Positions 37,134 to 45,249 of a stretch of DNA of 64,000 nt are shown piece by piece. Every line of letters starts with the position of its first letter. The stretch's first letter is position 1. The stretch comes from Candidatus Saccharimonadales bacterium (lineage in GTDB: Bacteria > Patescibacteriota > Microgenomatia > Levybacterales > UBA12049): assembly GCA_035478335.1 (NCBI GenBank), contig DATIJS010000057.1, positions 8,143 to 72,142 of the forward strand, given 5' to 3'. A model generated the notes under the pieces. It was not told where the DNA came from, did no database searches, and saw only the letters and a program-made list of their open reading frames with translations. Both the position numbers and the translations under genes were made by a program.

Positions 37134-37225
37134 CGGGTCCTGTCGTGCTCCTCTCCCGTCCGACGGCTTCACTCACTTTGTTCGTTGCAGGCGCTCGATG
37201 AGAGTCCCTCTCCGCACGCCACCCG
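37134..37225. repeat. GC-rich structured intergenic element
   Basis: Nested complementary segments CGGGT/ACCCG, CGTGC/GCACG, CTCTC/GAGAG in AT-rich surroundings. Confidence 0.55.
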
Positions 37226-37234
37226 CTTTTGTTT

Positions 37235-38137
37235 TCACAAGTCCTGATTTACTATTTTTTCTCTTTCCGCTTCTATTTCCTCAAGTGCCACTTTAACTTG
37301 CTCGTCTTTTGGAGGTGCGCCATCAACATCTTTGAGCCCCGGTGGCATTCCGTGCCATTTGTAATTTCCTTCCATGTAGCTAACACCTTTCCCCGGAACA
37401 GTATGGGCAATGATTATTACAGGTTTGTCTTTTACATTTTGTGCCTCCTGCACAGCTTCAACAAATGCCTTGATGTCGTTTCCATCAACATCAATCACAT
37501 GCCAGTTGAATGCTTCATATTTTGCGCGAAACGGCTCAAGCGGCATGATGTCTGAAATATTCCCGTCAATCTGTATGTTGTTGAAATCAATAACCTGAAT
37601 CAGATTGTTGAGTTTTAATTTGGCTGCAAACATAACAGCCTCCCAGATATTTCCCTCTTGGTGTTCGCCATCGGATGTCAGACAATAGACTTTATAATCT
37701 TTCTTATCAAGTCTTCCGGCTAGCGCAATGCCTGCAGCTTGTGAAATTCCCTCACCAAGAGGCCCTGATGTATTCTCAACTCCGGGAAGCGCAGTTCTAT
37801 GAGGATGACCCTGAAGACGTGTGCCGATTTTCCTTAATGTTTTTAATTCCTCAATTGGGAAATATCCGGCTTGGCTCATACTGGCGTAACGGATAGGGCA
37901 GATGTGGCCGTTTGAAAGGATAAGGCGGTCACGGTCTTCCCAGTCAGGATTCTTGGGGTCGTGACGCAGTATGTGGAAATACATTGCTGTAAAGATATCT
38001 GCCATGCCGAGTGGCCCTCCTGTGTGACCGGCACCAGAGTTCTTGCATGCAGCATCAAGCTCCTCGATTAGCAGTTTTCTGACCTCATTGGCTTTAAGCT
38101 TGAGGTCTTTTAGTTTTTCGTTTGTAAGTTGGTTCAT
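37235..38137 (-). CDS. Transketolase, N-terminal subunit
   Basis: GHTGG, RDRLILSNGH, LQGHP, SDGEHQEG ThDP motif, PGKGV. Confidence 0.95.
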   Translation of the reverse strand: MNQLTNEKLKDLKLKANEVRKLLIEELDAACKNSGAGHTGGPLGMADIFTAMYFHILRHDPKNPDWEDRDRLILSNGHICPIRYASMSQAGYFPIEELKTLRKIGTRLQGHPHRTALPGVENTSGPLGEGISQAAGIALAGRLDKKDYKVYCLTSDGEHQEGNIWEAVMFAAKLKLNNLIQVIDFNNIQIDGNISDIMPLEPFRAKYEAFNWHVIDVDGNDIKAFVEAVQEAQNVKDKPVIIIAHTVPGKGVSYMEGNYKWHGMPPGLKDVDGAPPKDEQVKVALEEIEAEREKIVNQDL

Positions 38138-38557
38138 AAGCGTAAAGCGTTAAGGGTAAAGCGTTAAGCCATCTTGTTAATCATAACAAATAACATTTTC
38201 ATTATCTCATTTAATAGCGATTCTGCTTCCGTAAAGTCAATATGTTTAAATTTTGAAATAGAATTACAAACCAAAATCTGAGTTTCTAGTTCTGCTGCTG
38301 AACCTAAGGCAATTGAAAGAAATTGAATGTATTCTTTTCTGTGTCTCCTTAGATATCCTTCAGCAATATTGCTTGGGATTGAGACAGCTGCTCGTTCAAT
38401 TTGAGATCGTAACCCATATAATTCGTCCTTTGGGAATTTTTCTGTTAGTAAATAAATTAATTTGACAAGCTCCATTGATTTTTGCCAAACAATTAATTCT
38501 TTGTAAGATTTAACTAACATACGCCTTTCCCCTTGACGCTTTCCCCTTAACCCTTAA
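38138..38557 (-). mobile_element. Candidate intervening element: four-helix-bundle gene bracketed by inverted heptamer arms
   Basis: Both spacers consist entirely of mutually complementary 7-mers (TAAAGCG/TTAAGGG versus TCCCCTT/GACGCTT/AACCCTT); mobility is inferred. Confidence 0.55.
38164..38520 (-). CDS. Four helix bundle protein (23S rRNA IVP / Avd-like family)
   Basis: SYKELIVWQKS, FPKDELYGL.SQ..RAAVSIPSNIAEG, FL.IALGS..ELETQ. Confidence 0.95.
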   Translation of the reverse strand: MLVKSYKELIVWQKSMELVKLIYLLTEKFPKDELYGLRSQIERAAVSIPSNIAEGYLRRHRKEYIQFLSIALGSAAELETQILVCNSISKFKHIDFTEAESLLNEIMKMLFVMINKMA

Positions 38558-39824
38558 GTACTATAAATAAATCCGAAATATTTGACTCCAGCTTGCCTGT
38601 GAGTATCCCATCTCCGATTTTTTCCCAGAACCCGTAACTATTATCATCCGATAAAAATTCATTGACGTCAATACCTTGATCATTTATTTTTTTCAAAGTA
38701 TCAGAGTCTGCAAGTGCTCCTGCCAACTCATAAAAATCCCACCCATCCGATCCGACACTTGCAAGTACAGTTTGATCTTTTATAAACGGCAAAGCGCAAA
38801 GAACCAATGCTTGATTGCGGCCTCCTTTGCCGCTCCCTGTTATCTTGATTGTTGACTCACCACCAGCCAAAAGTATTTGCCCTTGAGGTGTTTGATCAAT
38901 TAATTTCTCTCCAAGAGTTCGTGCATCACCTTGCAATGCATCAGTCAGGACGAAGGCGTTTTTACCGAGTTCGCGTGATTTTTTCTCCATTGCGTTGAGA
39001 GCTGTATGATTACTCAGCATCAGTATATTATGAACCCGCTCAAAATACTTGTCTTCTTTCGGGGTTTCTGTAAAGTCTTCAAGAGTCAGGGGGAGGGTTT
39101 GTTTCATATTATATTTTTCATAAATTCCCCATGCATATTCTATAGATGTCGGGTCTTTAACAAGAGGCGCAGATGCTATAACTGATAAATCATTCCCGGG
39201 AACATCCGAGAAGATCAAATTTACAACAGTAGATGGAAATAGAATTTTTGCCAGTCCGCCGCCCTTAACTCTTGATAAATGTTTGCGGATTGAATTAATC
39301 TCAGAGATTGTGGCGCCGGATTTGAGAAGAGTTTTATTGACTTCGATCATTTTATTGATGTCAAATGTATTTGGTTTTTCAAACAGTACTGATCCGCCGC
39401 CGCAAGTTGTGATAATAACCAGATCTTTTTCATTTAAATTTGATAAATTGTTAATTACAGTTTCTGTGAAGTCGAAATTTGTCTGAGAGGGAAGAGGATG
39501 TGTTCCAAGAGTTGGTTTGATTTTGGTAAATTTTTGCTCTACAACATCAATAACATACCCATCAGTAATTAAGTTTCCCATTTTCTCCTCCAAAATTTTA
39601 CACATCAGAGCTGATCCTTTTCCGAATCCTACTATAAATATACGGTCAAAATTGGCCAGATTAAAGGTTTTATCCTGGATTTTTAGAACTTTTTCGTTTA
39701 AGGAAAAATGATTTTTGAACACTTCTTCAGGTTGAATAGAGGCAAATGCAGATTCGATCAGCTGAAGCACAATCTTGCGGTTTTCGTTTGTCGCAAGCGA
39801 ATCGTAATTTTTTATGTAGGGCAT
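38547..39824 (-). CDS. Glycerate 2-kinase (DUF4147 + MOFRL)
   Basis: GFGKGS, HPLP, GGGSVL, RKHLSRVKGG, SDVPG, GGEST, GKGGRNQ. Confidence 0.92.
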   Translation of the reverse strand: MPYIKNYDSLATNENRKIVLQLIESAFASIQPEEVFKNHFSLNEKVLKIQDKTFNLANFDRIFIVGFGKGSALMCKILEEKMGNLITDGYVIDVVEQKFTKIKPTLGTHPLPSQTNFDFTETVINNLSNLNEKDLVIITTCGGGSVLFEKPNTFDINKMIEVNKTLLKSGATISEINSIRKHLSRVKGGGLAKILFPSTVVNLIFSDVPGNDLSVIASAPLVKDPTSIEYAWGIYEKYNMKQTLPLTLEDFTETPKEDKYFERVHNILMLSNHTALNAMEKKSRELGKNAFVLTDALQGDARTLGEKLIDQTPQGQILLAGGESTIKITGSGKGGRNQALVLCALPFIKDQTVLASVGSDGWDFYELAGALADSDTLKKINDQGIDVNEFLSDDNSYGFWEKIGDGILTGKLESNISDLFIVLKG

Positions 39825-40066
39825 AGGACAGTATAATTAGTGTAACAGATAATAAACAAGTTTCCTACATCCAAATAGAGAAATAATCTTCCCATTATGT
39901 CCTGACTCAAGAATTGCTGACATTAAATTAGTATATAATGGTATATTTTTATCTATTTAGCTTCATTTTGGCCACTTGACACTACATCTAGCGGGTGTAC
40001 AATATGGGTGAACTAATCAATCCCTGAATTAGCTCACCGAAATTATCACTAAGCAAGGAGGCAGGC

Positions 40067-40669
40067 ATGATAGACGAAATGATAATTAAAGGGGATTGGA
40101 GCAATTTTCTTAATCTTGAAAAAGAAGAGCTACTACTTGTAAAACGAAGGCATTACTACGTTCTGATATTCCCTATTTTTCTGTCAATCTTCGTATTATC
40201 GATCTTCAATGTTGCTTTATTCGTTGTTTTTGTCCGTATGATGAATTCATTTCCGCTTTTTATAGTCACCTTACTATTGTCCATCAGCATTTTGATAAGC
40301 CTTATCTCATATACCATAGTTAATTGGTATTTTCATCTCTATATTCTTACGAATCGTAAAATACTTGAAGTGTGGTATACGCCACTATCAGCCCATGCTA
40401 TAAATGACATATTTCTTGATTCGGTAAAATGTACAGAAGTTGATACCAATTCTACAGGCTTTATACATGAATTGATGGATATGGGGGATTTGAGGCTTAC
40501 TTTTGACAGGCCCACTCATCAGGAAGAATTTTTACTCAAAGATATTAAAAATTATGATGAAATAGGTAAATTTCTCACCCAAAAACTGATGGATGGGAAT
40601 AAAAGACCTGCCGGAGATACTGTTTGGATCAGAACGAGATCTAGATTTTTACCCAAACCTGTAATATGA
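40067..40669 (+). CDS. Membrane protein with bacterial PH-like domain
   Basis: RRH motif, two TMs, W.F.LYILTNRKI; AAGGAGG SD. Confidence 0.75.
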   Translation: MIDEMIIKGDWSNFLNLEKEELLLVKRRHYYVLIFPIFLSIFVLSIFNVALFVVFVRMMNSFPLFIVTLLLSISILISLISYTIVNWYFHLYILTNRKILEVWYTPLSAHAINDIFLDSVKCTEVDTNSTGFIHELMDMGDLRLTFDRPTHQEEFLLKDIKNYDEIGKFLTQKLMDGNKRPAGDTVWIRTRSRFLPKPVI

Positions 40670-40920
40670 ATTCAGAAATAATTACAAATTTTATTTTGCT
40701 GCATAGCTTTAAATCAGTTGTTTTGATAGTGATTTTAGCGGTAGCCGTTTTGACAGCCAGCTACAATCGGCTATATTTATATCATTCTCTTCACGTGACA
40801 GGCAAACATATGGGAATTAATGCCTCTGTTTTCATAAAAAGATTCATCGAGCTTGGAGTTATAATCGCGATGATAACAGTCCTGGCCGCAGCATTTTTCC
40901 TCGTAACCGGGTGGTATTAG
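40666..40920 (+). CDS. Small membrane protein
   Basis: ATGA overlap with upstream gene; two hydrophobic segments. Confidence 0.6.
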   Translation: MNSEIITNFILLHSFKSVVLIVILAVAVLTASYNRLYLYHSLHVTGKHMGINASVFIKRFIELGVIIAMITVLAAAFFLVTGWY

Positions 40921-40954
40921 AATTAAGCAGAAATGGGTTAAAAAAACCTATAGC

Positions 40955-41004
40955 TTGACAAGTGAAATAATATAGTGTAAAATACTATGAGTCACGTTTG
41001 TGAC
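40955..41004 (+). promoter_or_regulatory. Sigma70-type promoter followed by a palindrome
   Basis: TTGACA (40955) -17 nt- TAAAAT (40978); GTCAC-GTTT-GTGAC at 40991-41004. Confidence 0.55.
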
Positions 41005-41012
41005 ATGTAATT

Positions 41013-41567
41013 ATGTTAAGTTTACTTGAAATAGGTGGTCTTAATACAGACACTAGAAAAAATTTAGGTGATGGGGATCACGATTCTTATGCCCACAGAC
41101 TTGCTGCTCAAAAGGAAGAAGCTGCCGCGACAGAAAGACAAGCAGCGGAATCGGCTCGCAGTGCACAAGCTGATGCTAAAAGAGCTGATGCTAAACACGC
41201 ATTACGCAGGCAAAGACAAGTTGCTGCGGGGGCTCTATTGACTGTTGTTGGGGGCGCTATAGCATCAGTTGCATTAGGAATTCTTCCACCAAGAGGCAGA
41301 TCAAGCGCTGATTCGACAAGTCCTTCAGCTACACCCGCAAGCGCATTAAATGCTGGGTGTACAGTATTCAGACAAGATTATATATCACCTCGTGCTGATG
41401 GTACAGTAGCAAGCGTTGTGGCAACTGCAACAGGATTAACGGGAAAGGAATTTGTGAAAGCAATTAACTGCACCATTACAGATCCAGCCAATAGAAGGAA
41501 AATAGGTCCAGATAGTAGAGTGACAGGCCCTATAAATGTTGATCGTCCAGCTCCTACTAGAAAATAA
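41013..41567 (+). CDS. Hypothetical single-pass membrane protein
   Basis: Ala-rich coiled segment, central TM helix, small C-terminal domain with two Cys. Confidence 0.65.
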   Translation: MLSLLEIGGLNTDTRKNLGDGDHDSYAHRLAAQKEEAAATERQAAESARSAQADAKRADAKHALRRQRQVAAGALLTVVGGAIASVALGILPPRGRSSADSTSPSATPASALNAGCTVFRQDYISPRADGTVASVVATATGLTGKEFVKAINCTITDPANRRKIGPDSRVTGPINVDRPAPTRK

Positions 41568-41636
41568 TAGTTAACTGAACCTCAGTATAAATATTATCTT
41601 TAACGTTACACTTTTTATTCCTGCTATAATTATTAA

Positions 41637-43034
41637 GTGACTGCAGTCAATAATAAAACAAAAATCGTCGGTACTTTGGTGCCGATTTCTGCGTTAAGAA
41701 GCAATCAGCAATCTGAAAAAGATTGGGGGACTTTTGAGACAGGTTTGTATTTTCTCGACTGGCTACATAAGACAAATCAATCCGCTTGGCAATTATTGCC
41801 GCTTCACGAGACACAACTTGAGAAAGACTCAGCTACTATTCACGTTCCCTCTCCATATAAAGGGTATGGGATAGGACTGGACCCGGAGTATTTATCTCAA
41901 AAATCAAAAATCAAAAATCAAAAATCAAAAGAAATTGATATATTTATTCGTCAGAACAAGGATTGGATTGAGGATTATGCGTTTTTTTGTGCTCTGCGCG
42001 ATCATTTTGGGACTGATAATTGGGTTCTCTGGGAGTCCGGTTTGAGAAAAAGGGATCAAGCGGCGCTTACAAAATGGAGAATAAAACTGGAAAAAGAAAT
42101 AAATAATCATATTTTTACACAGTGGCAGCTACACGAATCTTACAAAGAATTAAGAGCAAAAGCACACAAGTTCGGTATTGCACTGATGGGGGATTTACCA
42201 TTTTATTTATCAGTAAATAGTCCTCTTGTCTGGGCCCATCAGGAACTATTTCAGATCCCGAAAAGCGGTAAGTTGAGGTTTGTTTCAGGCTGTCCGGATA
42301 CTCCGGCTGCTCATTTTGGGCGTCAAGTCTGGGGGCATCCTCTTTATAATTGGGATTCTGAGCATAGATCAGATCTGATTTCATTCTGGAAGTTGAGACT
42401 TGGTTATCTCTCTAAGCTTTATGATTCTGTCAGGTTTGATCATGCAAAAGCTTTATTTGAGTACGGCAAAATTGATTTGAAGAATAAGTATCAGGATAAA
42501 TATGTAAAAGGTCCGGGGCAGAGTGTTTTTGAAGAATTGATGATTTTTGGCAAAAAATCAGGACTTTCTATGTATGCAGAAGACAGCGGTGAGAATCTGA
42601 AGATGCTTAGAATATATCTTAAAAAATTCAAAACACCAGGGATTAAGATTTTCCGTTTTGCGCTTAATGAGAAGAAAAAGAAATTAAATAAAGAGTATGC
42701 ATTGCTATCTAATTATCCTCAAAATACAGTTGCATACACCACAACTCACGACACCGAACCTCTTCTTGGGTACCTAAATCGTTTAACTGTCTCAGAGAAA
42801 AAACTGCTTTCATTAACAACCGGTGTTAAGTATTCGAGGGATGACAAAGAGTTTGCGCAAGCAATAATAAAAGCTGTTATAGCCTCTCCTGCACATATTG
42901 TAATCGTTCAGCTTCAGGATTGGATTTTGACAACTGATAGGATCAATATTCCCGGAACGGAAAAAGAAGTAGGGGATCTTAATTGGAGATATAAATTGAA
43001 AATTCCGATTGAAGAACTGCCAGATAGTATTTGA
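41637..43034 (+). CDS. malQ: 4-alpha-glucanotransferase (GH77)
   Basis: WQLLPL, SPY, GDLPFY, GQ-like RQVWGHPLYNW, RFDH, AEDSG, THDT, RINIPGT..NW. Confidence 0.92.
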   Translation: MTAVNNKTKIVGTLVPISALRSNQQSEKDWGTFETGLYFLDWLHKTNQSAWQLLPLHETQLEKDSATIHVPSPYKGYGIGLDPEYLSQKSKIKNQKSKEIDIFIRQNKDWIEDYAFFCALRDHFGTDNWVLWESGLRKRDQAALTKWRIKLEKEINNHIFTQWQLHESYKELRAKAHKFGIALMGDLPFYLSVNSPLVWAHQELFQIPKSGKLRFVSGCPDTPAAHFGRQVWGHPLYNWDSEHRSDLISFWKLRLGYLSKLYDSVRFDHAKALFEYGKIDLKNKYQDKYVKGPGQSVFEELMIFGKKSGLSMYAEDSGENLKMLRIYLKKFKTPGIKIFRFALNEKKKKLNKEYALLSNYPQNTVAYTTTHDTEPLLGYLNRLTVSEKKLLSLTTGVKYSRDDKEFAQAIIKAVIASPAHIVIVQLQDWILTTDRINIPGTEKEVGDLNWRYKLKIPIEELPDSI

Positions 43035-44219
43035 TTATTTACCAGGCCTTTTTAGTGGAAGCCTCATATTAAATTTAGATCCTCGGCCCGAATTGCTGGA
43101 TACACTCACTGTTCCTCCATGGGCTAGTACAATTTTTTGGGTTATATACAGTCCAACACCCAATCCTTTGTAATCTTCAACGCTTACAGCACGTTGAAAA
43201 AGTTCAAAAATTTCCTTTTGTTTTGATTTGGAAATTCCGATTCCATTGTCTTTTATAATAAATTCTGCAAATCGATTGTCTTTTTTAACTGTTATTTCTA
43301 TCGGTTTATTTAGTCCGTATTTAATAGCATTTGAAATAAAGTTGGAAATAGCTTGCTCAATCCTGATTTTGTCCCAATTTCCGATTACTTTTTCTTCAAT
43401 ATCAATAATTACTTTGATATTTTCTTTATCAAGCCTAGCCTGAAAATCGGTCAGAACTCCTTTTACCAATTTGTCTAAATCAATCTCTTCATATTCAAGA
43501 TTCAGATTCCCAATAGTTATTATCGAGACAGAAAGAAGATCATTAATCATTTTCGAAAGTCTTTTCGTTTGATTTTCAACGCTTTCAAGCATGTTTAGTA
43601 ATTTTTCAAATGAGAAATGCGCAACCGAGACATTTCTGATATTGTGAAGTGCTGTCTGAGTCTGAAGAAGCATTGAAGTAAGCGGTGTCTTGAGTTCGTG
43701 GGACGCAACAGATAAAAATTCATCGCGTGAGCGTATTTCTTTTTGGTATTTTTTAGTTTGTTCTTCTAGTTCAAAAATTCTGTTCGTTTGCTCCCGCTCG
43801 CGTTTTTTGTATTCTCCGATTCTTGCACGTTGCTGGAGGAGATGTATTAAATAGCTCAGGAATGATCCCTCAGTCGCAAATAATACAAACATAATGGCAT
43901 GTTCTATATCAAAATAAAAATTGATACTATTTGATTGAAGGGGATAAAAGTTCATCAGAATTGCTGACGTGATGCTTGTTAGAATTCCTGCTCCCAATCC
44001 TCCATTCCAGGTGCTGCCTAGTATTAGGGGAATAAAAATCAGAGCCGGCATTTTGCTGATTGGAGCGTCGATAAGCAATATCGTCAGAATTCCAATTATG
44101 GAAAAGAGTATTGCCAGAATATGATCGAGGATTTTGTGGAGAAGTGTTTTTTTTAACTTTATTGTTTCGCCCCGTTGTAGACTAAATGATTTCATGATCT
44201 GCACAACATTATAGATCAA
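43035..44219 (-). CDS. Membrane sensor histidine kinase (DUF4118-like input)
   Basis: Four TMs, ASHELKTPLT, SNAIKY, DNGIGI, GLGVGL. Confidence 0.93.
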   Translation of the reverse strand: MIYNVVQIMKSFSLQRGETIKLKKTLLHKILDHILAILFSIIGILTILLIDAPISKMPALIFIPLILGSTWNGGLGAGILTSITSAILMNFYPLQSNSINFYFDIEHAIMFVLFATEGSFLSYLIHLLQQRARIGEYKKREREQTNRIFELEEQTKKYQKEIRSRDEFLSVASHELKTPLTSMLLQTQTALHNIRNVSVAHFSFEKLLNMLESVENQTKRLSKMINDLLSVSIITIGNLNLEYEEIDLDKLVKGVLTDFQARLDKENIKVIIDIEEKVIGNWDKIRIEQAISNFISNAIKYGLNKPIEITVKKDNRFAEFIIKDNGIGISKSKQKEIFELFQRAVSVEDYKGLGVGLYITQKIVLAHGGTVSVSSNSGRGSKFNMRLPLKRPGK

Positions 44220-44323
44220 ATTTATAGCAAAAATATGATAAAGATAGATTTTTGATAAATTCTTGCAAAACTCTTACAAAACGGCTTGCAAAAAATTATT
44301 CTCATGGTATACTTAGCAAATAA

Positions 44324-44986
44324 ATGAATAGAATTCTTATAGCAGAAGATGATTTGACAATCCGCGAAGGCATCCAGAATTTTTTAATTGAAAATAATTT
44401 TCTTGTAGATGCTGTTGGGGACGGTGCAGCTGCCCTTGAGTACGTCAGGAAAAACATTCCAGATCTGGTTATTCTTGATCTTGGTCTTCCCAAAATTTCA
44501 GGAGAGTCGGTTTGTATTGAGATTAAAAAACAATTTCCGACGCTCCCGGTGATTATTCTGACCGCCAAAAATCAAACTGCTGATATTGTTGATGGTTTTA
44601 AGCTCGGTGCGGATGATTACATAAGTAAGCCTTTCGAGCTTGACGTGCTTATGGCGAGAATTGGAGTAAGGCTTAAAAAAGAAACAAATGAAAAAATACA
44701 AATTGATGATCTTATGCTTGATCCGCAAGCTGTAAGAGTTACCAGGAATGGAGTAGATATACAACTCACTCCTCATGAATTTAAATTGCTTCATTATCTT
44801 TTGGTAAATAGGGGACGGGTTTTGACACGGGAAATGATTCTCAATAGAGTTTGGAAGTACTCAATGGATGTAGATTCCCGAGTAGTTGATGTTTACATCG
44901 GATATCTTAGAAAAAAAATTGACGGAAAAAGTACTAAAAAACTCATCTCTTCAGTCCGCGGATTTGGCTACTTGATAAAAGAGTAA
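44324..44986 (+). CDS. OmpR-family response regulator
   Basis: AEDD, LDLGLP, GADDYISKPF, LTPHEF, VVDVYIGYLRKKI, VRGFGY. Confidence 0.96.
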   Translation: MNRILIAEDDLTIREGIQNFLIENNFLVDAVGDGAAALEYVRKNIPDLVILDLGLPKISGESVCIEIKKQFPTLPVIILTAKNQTADIVDGFKLGADDYISKPFELDVLMARIGVRLKKETNEKIQIDDLMLDPQAVRVTRNGVDIQLTPHEFKLLHYLLVNRGRVLTREMILNRVWKYSMDVDSRVVDVYIGYLRKKIDGKSTKKLISSVRGFGYLIKE

Positions 44987-45052
44987 ATCTTCTTTCAAAT
45001 TTCTTACCAGCTTTGTAGATAATTCTTAAATTCCGCTGTTAGCATAGCATTT

Positions 45053-45200
45053 ATGTCAAGTTGGGATAAATCAAAATATACAGACAAGCAGAATATACAA
45101 AAAAAGCATATAGAAAAAGGTATGAGAAAAAAGGTGGTTCTGAAAGGGATTCGTAAAAAAGTTTTGGGCTACTGTCAATAAAATATAGGGAGGAGGATAA
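45053..45200 (+). pseudogene. Frameshifted remnant of a small basic DKSKYTDKQ...WATVNK..GGG protein
   Basis: DKSKYTDKQNIQKKHIEKG, then YEKKGGSE, then WATVNKI*GGG in successive frames. Confidence 0.65.
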
Positions 45201-45249
45201 ATATCCAATAGATTACCGATTTTAAATATGGTATATTAATATCCACAAA

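Noticed and set aside
38164-38520. Diversity-generating retroelement suggested by the Avd-like protein
   Set aside because: No reverse transcriptase and no TR/VR pair with adenine-specific mismatches seen in the window
39979-39994. NrdR-box-like sequence ACACTACATCTAGCGG overlapping a TTGACA promoter
   Set aside because: Single imperfect box, no second box nearby and no ribonucleotide reductase gene downstream
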